From the human T2T-CHM13v2.0 reference genome, Homo sapiens: DNA of 64,000 bases. Position numbers and translations under genes: made by a program. A model generated the notes under the pieces. That model made no database searches and was not told where the DNA came from. It was given only the letters and a program-made list of their open reading frames with translations. Numbering within the stretch: the first letter of the stretch is position 1; each line of letters opens with the position of its first letter. This document shows, in pieces, positions 1 to 13,639 of this stretch. Location of the stretch: NCBI RefSeq assembly GCF_009914755.1, contig NC_060929.1. The stretch is one strand, 5' to 3'.

Positions 1-49
1 ATGAATCACAAGTTATTGGAGCCAGATGGAACTACAGAGCTAAAAGATA

Positions 50-140
50 CATGAAGACACCGAGGCCTGCAGACAGGGACTAACTTTCCAAGGTCACAGA
101 GCTAACAAGTGTCAGAGTCAGGCTAGACCCAGGACTCACA
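50..140 (-). mobile_element. MIR SINE fragment
   Basis: Reverse MIR core: gaggc...ccaaggtcacagagctaacaagtgtcagagtcaggctagacccagg. Confidence 0.65.
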
Positions 141-559
141 AGTTGAGCTCACAATTAGTTCCACTTCCTACACCACCTGGATCATGAGTGTCAAGAATGA
201 AGGACCTTTGGCAGTCTTCTCATCCAGCAGTGACAAACAGGATGCACTTCATGTGCCAGCTTTTAATTCATTGGTCATGGTTTCCTGAAGTGCTGTTGTC
301 CAGAAATATTCTGAGGCCATATCTGGATCCAGTGGACATGAGTGAATCATTTATGATGTCTGCTTTGGACACAGGTGGGGAAGTGACAACCTGTGTACCA
401 AGGGTTTGGCAGCCTTGAGCTAATCCATCTTAATGACTTTCTGCACATGCTGCCTGGAAGTGATATTAATATTGCAAAAGAGATTATAATGTGTGATAAC
501 GTTGTAGTACCTCACTTATTAAAATAATTCAAGGATCCATCTTTGATGGTTAAACCCAC

Positions 560-991
560 TGTCTATGTCTGTTTGTGTTCCTACAAAGGAGAACCCAAGG
601 CTGAGTAATTTGTAAAGAAGAGGTTTATTTGGCTCACAGTTCTACAGACTGTCAAGAAGCATGGATCCAGTGTCTGCATCTGGTGTGGACCTCAGGCTGC
701 TTCCATTCATGGCAGAAAGTGAAGAGGAGCTGGATGTGCAGAGATCACATGGCAAGAAAGGAAGCAAGGGAGAGGGGGAGATGCCAGGCTCTTTTAAACA
801 ACCAGCTCTTGGGGGAACTCTCTTAGGACTAATAGAGTGAGAACTCACTTCTTACCTGGACAATGGCACCAAACCATTTATGGAGAATCCACCCCTGTGA
901 CCCAAACACCTCCCATGAGGCCCCACCCCCAACACTGAGGATCAAATTTCAACAGATGAGATGAGGAGGATCAAATATCCAAACTATAGCA
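560..991 (-). mobile_element. Complete MST-type (MSTB-like) ERVL-MaLR solo LTR
   Basis: Ends ccaaactatagca (reverse of the TGCTATAGTTTGG start); MST internal motifs; perfect 5-bp TSD CCCAC at 555-559 and 992-996. Confidence 0.9.
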
Positions 992-1144
992 CCCACCTAA
1001 CGAATGCAAAAGATGTGCAGTGACCTTAAGCCCCAACAATATAGAGCAGATGACAGTTGATATGTAGATAGTTTGAATGACAGTTTAAGGTAGCAGGTTG
1101 GCAGGTGGCTCCACCATATACTTGTTGAGTAGTCCTGAGCAGGT

Positions 1145-1280
1145 GTTTCTCTGAGATCCTTTGGCTGGTCTGTAAAATGAGAGATAATGACTCTCTCACA
1201 AGGTTGCCATGAGAAATAGAGAAAATACCAAGTACTCAGCATAGCCTAACATTTAGCAGTTGCTCAATAAATGATAGGAA
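1145..1280 (+). mobile_element. MIR 3' half
   Basis: ctgtaaaatgagagataatg...gctcaataaatg. Confidence 0.65.
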
Positions 1281-2086
1281 GTATTGGCTTTATAATATTG
1301 CATCTACCCCCTTCTCTCTATGTTAGAACCTTTCCAGGCATTTAAAAGGTGAGCAGCAAAGGCCACCCATAAATGTGCTGCTAGAGAGCACATAGGTCAC
1401 CAATCTCAGACTATTGGTCTGAGGCAGATTTTTGGAGTCTCTTATTCCCGAAGAGATCCAGGGACCTGCTTTGCAGGTGACTGAGAAGACCAAGGCCAGG
1501 AGGGAAGGCCAAAAAGCTCCAAGCAGATCACTTATCTGTATAACACTTTTCACCTTCCAGTCCTTCTTCATGGAGTTTCCCAAAGTACACACCCACAGTC
1601 CTACAAATTGGGGAAGAGCCAGAGGCAATAAATGTGTGGGAGCAGTCAGCTGAGAACTGGATGTTGAAGGATTGTACATTTTCTTGAATTACATGGGAGC
1701 AAACTGCCTCCTGAGCCTGCTGTACCCAAATTTATCAAAGCACAAAGCATTTTTAAAGACCATTTAATAAACTGATTAAATGTATTTGACAACGGAGCTA
1801 GAAAGCCAGTCAATTCATGTCTTCATCACTCCTGAGAAGTTGCCTACACGATAAAAATGGAAGTTCTCTGAATCTGTGGGTGGGAGGGCTTTCACTCTCC
1901 TAATGGAGGAGGGAAAACCAGGGCATGCTGGGAGGCCGTCCCAGCCCATCTTCCTGACATCGCTGCTTTTCCTGTACTGTGCTAAGTGCAGAGAAGGTCC
2001 AGCGCCCTGCCTGTTTTTCACTTGCATTCTTGTCTCCAGACTTTCTTTCTCTCCCCACCCTTCTCATGACCACTAGCATCTAAGTT

Positions 2087-2328
2087 TATCGCTTCCTCTC
2101 TGTTACCTCTGTATCCTCCAAGTACATGATATACCTCTACAGCTCATCTGCCAATGCTGCAAAGTTTACTTATTTATAACCTTCCCAGTGCCTTGTGTAT
2201 ATTAGATGCAGGAGTAAGATGTTGTGATCGAGATCGTGGTGGTGATGATGATGATGGGGAGGGAGAGGAAGAGGAGGGGGAGAAGATTAGGCAAGAATGT
2301 AAAAGCCCTCATGGGTCTTGGAAATCAC
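2087..2328 (+). repeat. ~240-bp local duplicate of 5028-5268, flanked by a 12-bp direct repeat
   Basis: Aligns by eye with 5028-5268; AGCATCTAAGTT at 2075-2086 and 2329-2340. Confidence 0.9.
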
Positions 2329-2655
2329 AGCATCTAAGTTCTCTCCTTCCTCTCCCCTCCTTCCCCTGGTTTAGAGATGCTTTAGCTAGCCTAAGGGCAG
2401 AATAGCCTGCCTCTTCATTTGTTCTTCAAAATCCATTGTTTGGGGCACAAAATGATCTTCAGAGTTTAGGCTCTTGAGGCTCAATAAACTTAAAATCTTT
2501 TCTCAGCTTTCCTGTTAGATCACCCACCCCCGAGGCAATGAATGCTGCTGAGCTGATGGAAAAAGGGCGGTGAGAAACTCCAGAAATATTTTCCGGCAGT
2601 GTTTCTTCTTTATCTCTGTCCCCCAGTAGCTCAGTGAGGTAAAGATAATCATCAG

Positions 2656-2765
2656 TTTTTAATTTTTTATGTTATTATTGTGGCTGCATAACAGTTGTAC
2701 ATATTTATGGGGTTCATGTGATACTTTGATACCAGCATGTAATGTGTAATGATCACATCAGGTCA
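2656..2765 (-). mobile_element. L1MA-type extreme 3' end inserted in a MIR (~2625-2880)
   Basis: T-rich tail then gttgtacatatttatggggttcatgtgatactttgatac...tgtaatgatcacatcagg; MIR sequence on both sides. Confidence 0.8.
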
Positions 2766-3789
2766 TTATTTTAACACTGAGGATATGGATGCTCAGAATG
2801 GACATTGGCCTCACTGAGGTAATGCAGGGGTAAATGGAGGCACTGGATGGGGCTGGAACCCCCATCTGTCTGACTCAACTACCTGAAGATGGAATATGGG
2901 TTGTGCTAACTAAATTAATGAGTAGAGGCTGCCTGAGGCGCTGCCTTGAGAACAGTTCTGAGGCTGCATCTGAACTTGGTGAGAAAAGAAGTGCTGTGAT
3001 CTATTAGTAATGTCTGCCATGGGCACTGGACCTGGGAGCAGCCACGGGAGCCATGCCATGATCCCCAGACTCCGTGCTTCTTAGAAATTCTGATTGTTGT
3101 TTGTTCAATAGATAAATGAATGCAGAAACTGCTTCCTTAATGTAGGCTTAGAGAAGGGGATTGGAGTAGGAAGCAAGAGAGGCAGCTCCTGGGCCTGTTC
3201 ATGGTGTGTCGGGAGGCCAGGCTGGACAGTAAGAGATAAGAACGGCAGGGGAGATTGAGACCAGAACTTGGAAAAGCTTACAATGCCAAACTAGGAAGCC
3301 TGAGGGTCGTGAAAGGTTTGGGCTCAGAGGAATAAGTAAGAAAAGCTGCATTTAACACCAGGAATCTGGCAGGGACACGTAGAGTCAAGGAGACAGAAAG
3401 ACCAGCTTGGAGAGTGGTTGAGTCTGCACGAGGCGTGGAGGGGTGCCCAGCCCCCGGCAGAGGCAGGTCACAGTGACAAGGACAGAAAGCCTGGAGGGAC
3501 AACTCCGGGGACTTAGTGGCTGGCAGAGGGGACTCTTTTCCCCAGTGACTCATATGCTCCTTTTTTTCTAGCTGAATTTCAGTTTTATTTTCAGCTCCAA
3601 TCAGTGGCAATAGAGGAATCCGTGTGCTTTATTTCTCCTGCTCCACATTCCTCCCCACAGTCTCCCAGAGGCTAACATTCTCCCATCCTCCAAAGAGAAG
3701 AAATCCACAGCCCAGAGCAGAGCAGGCCTGGTGGCTTCATGACAGTCATCAGTGTGGCCCCATCTACTAGTGCTCTCCAAGTCCAGCAA

Positions 3790-4020
3790 TGTGTTAACCC
3801 TTTACAGGCATTATCCCATGTAACCCCTAACAGCCCTAGGAAGTAGACACTACTAGTACCTATAATTCACAGGTAAGAAAACTGAGGTTCAGAAAGGCAA
3901 AGTAACTGGTTGAGGGTCACACAGCTAAGAAGTCGCAAAGCCAGAGTCGAAAATATTCAAAACCAAAAAGAAAAAAAAGAAAAAAAAATCTGAGTTGAAA
4001 GCTTGCTCTCTTAACGATAT
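3790..4020 (-). mobile_element. MIR with an internal A-rich insert
   Basis: aaactgaggttcagaaagg...ggtcacacagctaag. Confidence 0.75.
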
Positions 4021-4784
4021 AGCTCTGGCCCAATTAAGCTATAAAATGTCACAGGTAGCAGTGTCCTTAGAGAACACCTAAGCTGAGAACTCCCTCATTT
4101 TTCAGAGGGGGGGATCTGAGGGTCAGTGAGGAGATCTGTTTTGTCCAGGGTCATCAGTGAGTTAGGGGATGAGCCGGGACTTGAACCCTACAGTGGAAGA
4201 AATGTGAGCCACAGAACTTACCATGTTGCTTGTTGACTTCCTCTGGCACATTCCACTGTATTTTCCCCGAAGCCTCTCCCCAGCCTCTCAGCCCCACTCC
4301 TCGTGGCTCCACTCCCTATTACTCAGAGGTGTTCAGCTCCACCCACTAGTCTCCCAGCATGGCAGTTTCTGCCCATTACAGGCCTACAATACCTGCGAGC
4401 CTGTCAGCCCCCTGCCTCCCACCTCTCACCACCCGCCCCGGAAATGGTTCTGTTGTTACCGGACCAATCAGGGCACCCAGCAGCGTCTAGAACTTGGGGC
4501 TGATAATGGCATCGTGAATAGAGGAAATTAGAGCTGAATGCATTCACAGTGAATATTCCTCCCAGGGCAGACGGGGCCATTCGCTGAGTGGCACATGACA
4601 GATGTTCACATGGAACCCAGTCGCAGGGCCACCTTCACTCCTCTCACCAGCACGGCTGTCTCCCAGCCCTGGCCGTGCTTTAGAGCACTCTGCATCCCCA
4701 ACCCTGGCCCTCCAAGCCCTGCAGGAGCCAGTGGTTCTGCATGTCTCCTCTAGTACCTCTCAAGCACATGGCCTTGGCCCTGAA

Positions 4785-5030
4785 GAGCGTAGTGGTTGAT
4801 CGCACAGCCTTTGGGGTTAGATGTATCTGCTTCCAAGTCCCAACCTTCTGCCTCACTGCTGGGCAGGCCGGGCAACATGCCTGAATCTCAGTGCCCCCAT
4901 CTGTAAAATGGGGATAATTAATACCCACCCCACAGTGGTCATGTGAATTCAATGTGATTATGAGTGTAAAGAGTTTGTCCCCATGCCTGGTATACAGCAG
5001 GTGTTCAATAAACGATGGCTATTATGATTA
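4785..5030 (+). mobile_element. Near full-length MIR
   Basis: agcgtagtggtt head, catctgtaaaatgggataat core, gttcaataaa...gctatta tail. Confidence 0.8.
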
Positions 5031-5268
5031 TCGATTGCTCTCTGTCACCTGTGTATCCTCCAAATGCATGACTGGCCTCTGCAATTCATCTGCCTCAAAG
5101 TTTACTTCTTTGTAACCTTCCCAGTACCTTGCATATATTAGGTGCAGGATTAAGGTGTTGTGATTGAGATGATGGTGACGATGATGATGAAGATGCTGAT
5201 GGGGATGCAGAGGAGGGGGAGAAGATTAGGCAAGAATGTAAAAGCCCTCATGGGTCTTAGAAATCACA
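5028..5268 (+). repeat. Probable donor copy of the 2087-2328 duplicate
   Basis: 5209-5268 matches 2270-2329 at 59/60; the left part is roughly 84% identical by hand count. Confidence 0.9.
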
Positions 5269-5654
5269 AGAGGGCAATTTGTTGCAGCAGAAATTGAATT
5301 ACCTTTGGAGTTATACAGATGTGCTGAAATTTACTGTCAGCAACAGGAAACTCACACACCCTGCCGGGTCCATGCCACATTGTTCTGTGTGGCTGGGGAA
5401 AGTTACCTCATCTCTCTGAGTCTGGGTCTCAGTCCCTCATCTTCTCCAGGGCTGTTGTTAGGAGTGAATGAAGCCATGCTCACAAAGTGCTTAGCACAGT
5501 ACTTGGCCTAGTGGGTGTTCGATTCACAGTGGATATTGCTGTTGCTACTCTTGTCAGTATATTTCTGATCTCCCCAACTTACAGATCACCACTCCCCTTG
5601 AGAGCAGAGTTGTACACTTCATTGTGTATGCTTCTGGAGGGCAGGGATGGAACA

Positions 5655-5805
5655 TCCATTCATTTAGTCAACAACTGTGGATTGAGCAGTGTCTCTATGC
5701 CTGCCACTGTGCTCAGCTCTGACCACACAGCAGTGAACAGAATAGATGAGCTCTCTCTGTCCTCATGGAGCTCACAGCCCAGTGGGGAAGACAGATATAT
5801 AGGCA
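5655..5805 (-). mobile_element. L2 3' end
   Basis: cattcatttagtcaacaa...cctcatggagctcacagcccagtggggaagacaga. Confidence 0.7.
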
Positions 5806-5892
5806 ACAAGTTTTTAATTGCAAGTAAAGGTGCCAGCCCCAAAAAACACCAAGTCACAGGATACAGAACAATGTGGGATGGACCGGGCAGGG

Positions 5893-6705
<813 letters not shown>

Positions 6706-7726
6706 GGGGAACCCACTACAGGCAGGTGTTGTCCTTGCCATCACCAGCTCAGTGCTTGGCACAGTAGAGGCCATGGATATTCATTCAGAGAGAGCATGCA
6801 CTGAGGCAAGCCTGACCTCAAGATCAAGACAGGAAATTGGCTTTCATGGGTTAAGGACCTGTTACTTTGCTCATCAATGTATCCTTAATCATCAGAGGTC
6901 AGATCTGCTGGAGAGTGCAATCTTTCAGTTTCCAAAAGTAAGACTGGATGCCTTAGAACTTAAAGTCAGGGAGGTAGCCAAGAAAGCAATCATAGACTGA
7001 GTCCCCATGCAGTGCACTTTCTCGGATGGACAATTTCTCTGTTCTGACAGTCACTGTTGACTCCATTTCTCAGATGAGGGACCGAGGCACAGAGAGGTGC
7101 AGTCAGTCACCTGAGGCCACACAGTCAGGAAGTGGAAATCCATGGAAACTCATCATCAGCTGCCTCGCATCAGGGCCAGTGCTCTTTATCTCCACCCCAC
7201 ACATTATAAAGCCACTCAGCTTTACACTCAAGGGAACTTCCTATTTCCCTACTGGATTATATGTATAATTTGTAGTATTGCAAGATTTGAACAGAAGCGA
7301 GCAGCAGCTTGTAGTTGTGTGTGTCACTCACTCCTGCCTGTGGGGATGCCACGTGATTGTTTAAAGGGTTGGAATCAGGAGAAAGGCAGGCTCAGAGCAG
7401 GACCAAGAGAGAGCCCACCCCTCGCCTCCCCAAATCCTTCAGCTTCCTGAAGTGTGGCTGCTGGGTAGCAGCTCCCCCAGGGAAGAAAATATAAGATATT
7501 CCCAAGGGACCCTGGAAGCTTTATCCCAAGGCTTCACATGTGTAGGCTGTTTCCTGTGATTCGGTCTGGCTGTCAATGATCTAAGATTGAGAGCCAAGGT
7601 CAGTGAGGGGGGAAAAGGGACATGTAGTGCAGGGGTTCAGCATCCAGGCCTAGGACTTAGACTGAGGCTCTTTACCCTCCTCTGTTTCTTGCTGATGGCC
7701 TTAGGCAAGTCGCTTCCCCTCTCTGA

Positions 7727-8119
<393 letters not shown>

Positions 8120-8224
8120 AGCGAGCTCATACTTTCATGTTAGCATTAGCATAGTTCCTGACAATAAGAACCAAATACGTGGTATCTGCTATTTTCTGTT
8201 TTAATTAGGTATTCAGAGTCTATG

Positions 8225-8500
8225 TTAAATTAATTAACATATATACTTATGGAACACCTACTCAGTGCCAGGTATTGTTGTAGATGCCAGGAGTACAGCA
8301 GGGAATAAAACAACATCCCTGTCCTCGACACAAACACACAAGTAAATAGAGAAGGTCAGAGATAAATGCTGTGCAGGAAAACAAAGCAAAGTGAGGGATG
8401 GAGAGTGCGGAAGGTTGGGGCACTTTTGTTTCAGATGAGTGTCAGGGAAGCCCCCTTGGAGGAGGCACTGTAAGGGCACAGAATCGAATGAAAGGAGTAT
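8225..8500 (-). mobile_element. L2 3' region
   Basis: aacacctactcagtgccagg...gtcagggaagccccc. Confidence 0.7.
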
Positions 8501-8523
8501 GTGAAGGTGCTTAAATTGTTTCT

Positions 8524-8655
8524 GTTTGGTTTGGTGTGGTGTGATGTGGTGTGGTGTGGTGTGGTGTGGTGTGGTGTGGTGTGGTGTGGTGTGGTGTGAT
8601 GTGATGTGGTGTGCGGTGCGGTGCGGTGCGGTGCGGTGCGGTGTGGTGTGGTATG
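8524..8655 (+). repeat. Compound pentanucleotide microsatellite (GTTTG/GTGTG/GTGCG)
   Basis: Read directly; six GTGCG units at 8611-8640. Confidence 0.97.
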
Positions 8656-9533
8656 GGTTGAGGCTGGCCTTAGGAGCCTGTTGGCCTTCCAGGCCAGTCC
8701 TGAAGCCCAGCCCAGAGCACCAGACTCTGCAGTCAGTCAGTGGAGGGCCCACATCTCAGCCAATGCATGGCTTTGGGTGGTGACTTCATCTCCCCTAGTG
8801 TTCCTTTCCCCCTCTGCAAAATGGGAATGGGGATGGCTCAGAACTCCCAGCGGGAGTTAGGAGGAATAATGTATAGGAAGTATGAGCAGAGTGCCTGGCC
8901 TGGAGCATAGCGCATGGCCGATCATAGGTAAGTGCTGGTGTTGATTTTATTGGACACAAGTTTGGAAACTCAGAGCCTGCAGGGATGGCCTTGAAGGTAA
9001 AGAAGAGGTAGTTGGGAGTTTTACACTTCCCAGGACCTACCCTCAGAGAGACAGGGGTCATTCCAGAGTATCTGGATACCCAGTTTGGGCCAAAGATACT
9101 TCCAGCCAGGGCACTCGTCAACCACCTTGATATTTGCCCAACACAGCTCCTCTGAGGAGAGCTTGAGGTCTGGGGGCCCCATGCTGCTGATTAAACTGAT
9201 GGCTGGGAGGCAGGTAAAGCAAGAGTGGAGAAGTGAGTCTGGAGGTGGAAATGAGATCTCCAAGGAGGGGATGGCTGACTGAGGCTGACACGTTTCTATC
9301 CAACCGGTAGAGGATTTGCAGTTGGACTCTGCTTTATGGCTTGGTGATGGTCAGTGTTGGGGCAGGCACTAGGTCAGAGGGTGATGGGAGGGGTGAGGGA
9401 GGTTCCAGTCTCACGCTAGGCTGCCTGCACCTTCAGCCTCAGCTACCTCACCACCTAACTGGGAAGGATTAACTATAACTCTGACGATTCCTGGGACTGT
9501 CTCCATTTCAAACAATCAGATCCCCTGCCAGAC

Positions 9534-9895
9534 TGTATTAGTCAGAGCAGTGCAAATGCTGTAACAAACAGCCCCAAGTGTCTGTGGCTGAAACCATGAC
9601 AGTTTACTTCTCGTTGCCATGGCAGCCAGTGCAGCTCAGAGTGGATGGGCATGTCTGCATCTGCATGCATGCAGGCTCCTTCCATCCTGAAGCTCCCCAT
9701 CCTCACCCTTACACTGCTGGCTGGGAAAGGGAGCCTGGAGGAAGCCTCAGGTTTGTATGGGGCAGGCCTGGAAGTGAGGTGCACCACCTCCACTCCTATC
9801 CCCTGGGCCAGAACTTGGGCATCTGACCACACAGACTTCCCTTGGAAGGAGAAGAGAACAAGGACACTGTGCACCTTTGTCAAGCCAACCACCAT
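9534..9895 (-). mobile_element. Old MLT1 (J/K-like) LTR
   Basis: tgtattagtcag...tgctgtaacaaacagccccaa; ggcctggaagtg...gccagaact. Confidence 0.65.
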
Positions 9896-10254
9896 GCCCA
9901 TGGAGCATCTACTATGTGCAGAGATGTCAGCTCCTCCAGACAATGTTCTCTGTCATTTTCCATCTGTTCAAGCTGAGTCAGAGGTGTGTACATGTGCAAA
10001 TGCGAACAATCCAGGCTCACTTCCTGCTTCCCTGAGTCCTAGGCTAACCTCTAGCACAGCACAGATCACAAGAGTGATGACTGCCTGACCGTGTGTCCTT
10101 CCTCCCAGTAGAGTTTGAGCCACATGGAGGCAGGGGCCACAGCCTGTATTCTCAGGACTTGGACAGCGGTGGAAGCTCTATTTAGCTTGCTGAAGAGGAA
10201 AGGGGAAAGAAAGGAGGAGAGTGAATTGGCACTTGTCGAGATCTCCCAGTTCGT

Positions 10255-11120
10255 TTTTTAAAAATTGTGGTAAAATATATGTAACAGAAAATTTACCATC
10301 TTAACCATTTTGGAGTGCGCAGTTCAGTACCACCAAGTACCTTCACGTTGTTGGACAAACTTCACCACCATCTGTCTCTAGAATGTTCTTCATCTTGCAA
10401 AACCAAAACTCTGTATCCATTAAACGACTCCCCATTCCCTCTTCCCTCAGCTCCTAGCAACTACCATTCTATTTTCTATCTCTACAAATTTGACTACTCT
10501 AGGTACCTCGTATAATTGGAATCAACAGTATTTGTACCCTGGCTTATTTCATTTAGCATAATGTCCTCAGACTTTATTCATGTTGTTGCATGTGTCAGAA
10601 TTTCCTTCCTTTGTAAAGCTGAATAATTTTTCATTATAAGTATATACCACACTTTGTTTATCCATTCACTTGTCGATGGAAATTTGGGTTGCATCCACCT
10701 TTTTTTGCTATTGTGCATAATGCTGCTATACACATGGCTGTGCAAATATCTAATATTAGTCCCTGCTTTCAGTTCTTTTGGATATGTATCCAGAAGCAGA
10801 ATTCTTGGATCATATGGTAATCCTATTTTTAATTCTTTTAGGAACTGCCATATTGTTTTCCACAGCAGCTGCAGCATTTTACATTCCTACCAGCAGTGCA
10901 CAAGAGTTCCAATTTCTCCATATCCTCACCAACACTTGTTATTTTCTGTTGCTGCTGTTTGTTTTTTTATTAATAGTCATCCTAATGGGTGTGAAGTTGT
11001 TTCTCATTGTGGTTTGCTTTGCAGGTTTTGATTTGTAGATTTTCCTGATGATTAGTGATGGGTGCATCTTTTCATGTTCTTACTGACCTTTTATATATCT
11101 TTCTTGGAGAAATGTCTGTT
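10255..11120 (-). mobile_element. L1MB-type 3' end including a degenerate ORF2 C-terminus
   Basis: ORF 10578-10877(-) reads [33 protein letters not shown]...[12 protein letters not shown], as in the L1 ORF2 C-terminal region; followed by an L1MB-type 3'UTR. Confidence 0.9.
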
Positions 11121-11139
11121 AACTCTACTCATACTTTTG

Positions 11140-11690
11140 TAAATAGTATTCCCAATCCTTCTAACTCCCCAATGAGGTGGATATTAGTATGTTCGTGTTA
11201 CAGTAAAGCCAACTAAACCTTAGAAAGACTAGGTTTATTATCCAAGGTCACACAGCTAGAAAATGACACAGCTTGTATTGAAACATCAGTTTTTCTCTTT
11301 CCAAACCTAACGCACATTTCATGAAACCTACATTATTGCACCATAACATCATGTTGATTTACTTATCTGCTCTCCTGCCTGTCCCATCTACTACATAAAT
11401 TGAGTGTGGTTTGAAATCAGAGACTACTTCTCATCTTTGGCACAGTGGCAGCCATGGATCAGAATCTCTTACATGCTGGATAAGTGGATGCAAGCTCAAG
11501 GCCACACCTAAAGTCCCCAGGTGACTTGATCACTTGAGTTAGCTGCTGGAAACCTGGGCTTCCTCTTCTGCAAAATGGGGAGAGAAAATAAATTCTCAGT
11601 GGATTGTTTAGAAGATTTGAGCAAAGACCTCTGCAAAGTGCTAAGCATGTGGCTAGCATGTGGCAGGTGCTGCCTAAATAGTAGAAATTA
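11140..11690. mobile_element. Cluster of MIR(-), L2(+) and MIR(+) relics
   Basis: ccaaggtcacacagctag near 11242; cctcttctgcaaaatgggg near 11562. Confidence 0.6.
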
Positions 11691-13328
11691 ACACTGCCAT
11701 GCTTATAAGCTCCGGACAAACACAAGAAGCCCGAAACATAATCTGTGCCTTCTGCTTGCATTCCTCCTAGTTGGGGATGTAAAATAGCCCAGCTACAATC
11801 AAAGAAGAAAATCAAAGTCAGCACAGACTATGGATATGCTTCTATATGTGTAGATTATTTCCAGACTCATTCGGAAGAATCTGGACATACTGGTTGCCTC
11901 AGAGGTCAAGAAAATTGGCTCATTTACTTCTGTAACTTAATTTCGACTCTCTATGCTTTTACATAGTTGGAATTTGCCATGCACATATACTACATTTAAA
12001 AGAGCGTGTACGCGAGAATAATGTGGTCAGGTGGCCTGATCCACAGGTGGGTGGGAGAGACAACAGAGACAGTCTTCTGACCCCATCTGGCTTCTACCTG
12101 CCAACCCCATGTATTCTGGAGACTCTCCACACCTCCTGGCATGAAGCAGAATCCCTCTCAGGGGGTCACCTCACCTCCTCCCAGAAATGTTTAACAGAAA
12201 GAACCTACCATTGGCTTTCTCCATCCCCAGCACCTAATAGAGATATCACGGAGAGGGGAGCATTTGTAATTTACTTTGGAGGGGTGTGTGGAGGCCGAGT
12301 AACACCGCCTTCCATCTCAGTGACAACAAACTCATTCTTCACTATAATTAAAATGTCACTTTGATAAATAATTCCATCAGCCCCCTTCCACCTATGAATA
12401 GCTTCTTGCTATAATTGTTCACATTCTGCTGAATTAGAAGTATTCAAGGGAGAATTTAAGAGGTATTTAGGCAACAAAGATAAATCGGGTGTGTTTTTCA
12501 CCCTCCCACAATCCCTCATTAAGCGAGACATCATCCCCGGCTGGGCAGGGCGGGGCTGGGGGGCCTCATCCCTGTGTTCTCAGTCACTCTCTCCCTGAGT
12601 GGAGGGAGCCGGAGGGGTTGCCACAGCAGCGTGGACCTCAGGAAGGGGCTGGAGTTTGGGGATACATGTTTGGGGGCCTTCCCTTCCCAGCTATTACTGT
12701 AGAAAAAGAAGAGGATGCCTGAGGTGGTGGGAAGAACGTAGGCTCTAGCTTCAGGTGAGCTTGGAAAAGTCAGTGAACATTTATGGACCTCTGTTGTATA
12801 ACAGAATACAAGATATAATTCTTCATTCAATCTTGTGTCAAGAGCTTGAGTCAAGATATAATTCTTGGAAGAGACATCTGACATTGAGGGTCCCCCCTCC
12901 CATGTTATGGGACTCAAGTCTTCCAAAGGATGACTTTCCCTAGGAGACACAGCTAGAGATTGGCAACCCCAGGACCTTTGAATATTCAACAATACCCAGT
13001 AGGGTATGAAGCACCGTAGGAGTTCCGTGACTATTCCCATCTTCCCTCATTTTTGTTGGTACCTCTTCCTTCCTGATAAATCACATCTGCTGGGAATAAT
13101 CCAATAATAGGATGCACAGAGCCAGCCACAGTGTGTTGGACACCTCAGGAAGTGTCCCATCTTGGGTATGTCTGTCCTCACCTTGGGTAGAAAGAGATGG
13201 TATTTGACTCTTTCCCCACCAGAAGAGGGGTATGGCCATGTGGTTACAAGAGCAGCACTTCATAGTATGAAAGCCAGGGTTCCAAGACAACTACTCCCAG
13301 TGTGGGGCTGGCATGTTAGTGACTCTAA

Positions 13329-13639
<311 letters not shown>

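Noticed and set aside
3951-3989. A-rich insert in a MIR as an orphan poly(A) retroposition
   Set aside because: No convincing TSD; slippage is enough to explain it.
8258-8860. ORFs with HHTTP / VWCG repeats
   Set aside because: These are translations of the pentamer microsatellite.
9647-9674. p53 half-site GGGCATGTCT and 14-bp palindrome CTGCATGCATGCAG
   Set aside because: No good second half-site, and it lies in a decayed LTR.
10578-10877. 99-aa ORF with a real protein-like sequence
   Set aside because: It is a decayed L1 ORF2 C-terminus, not a host gene.
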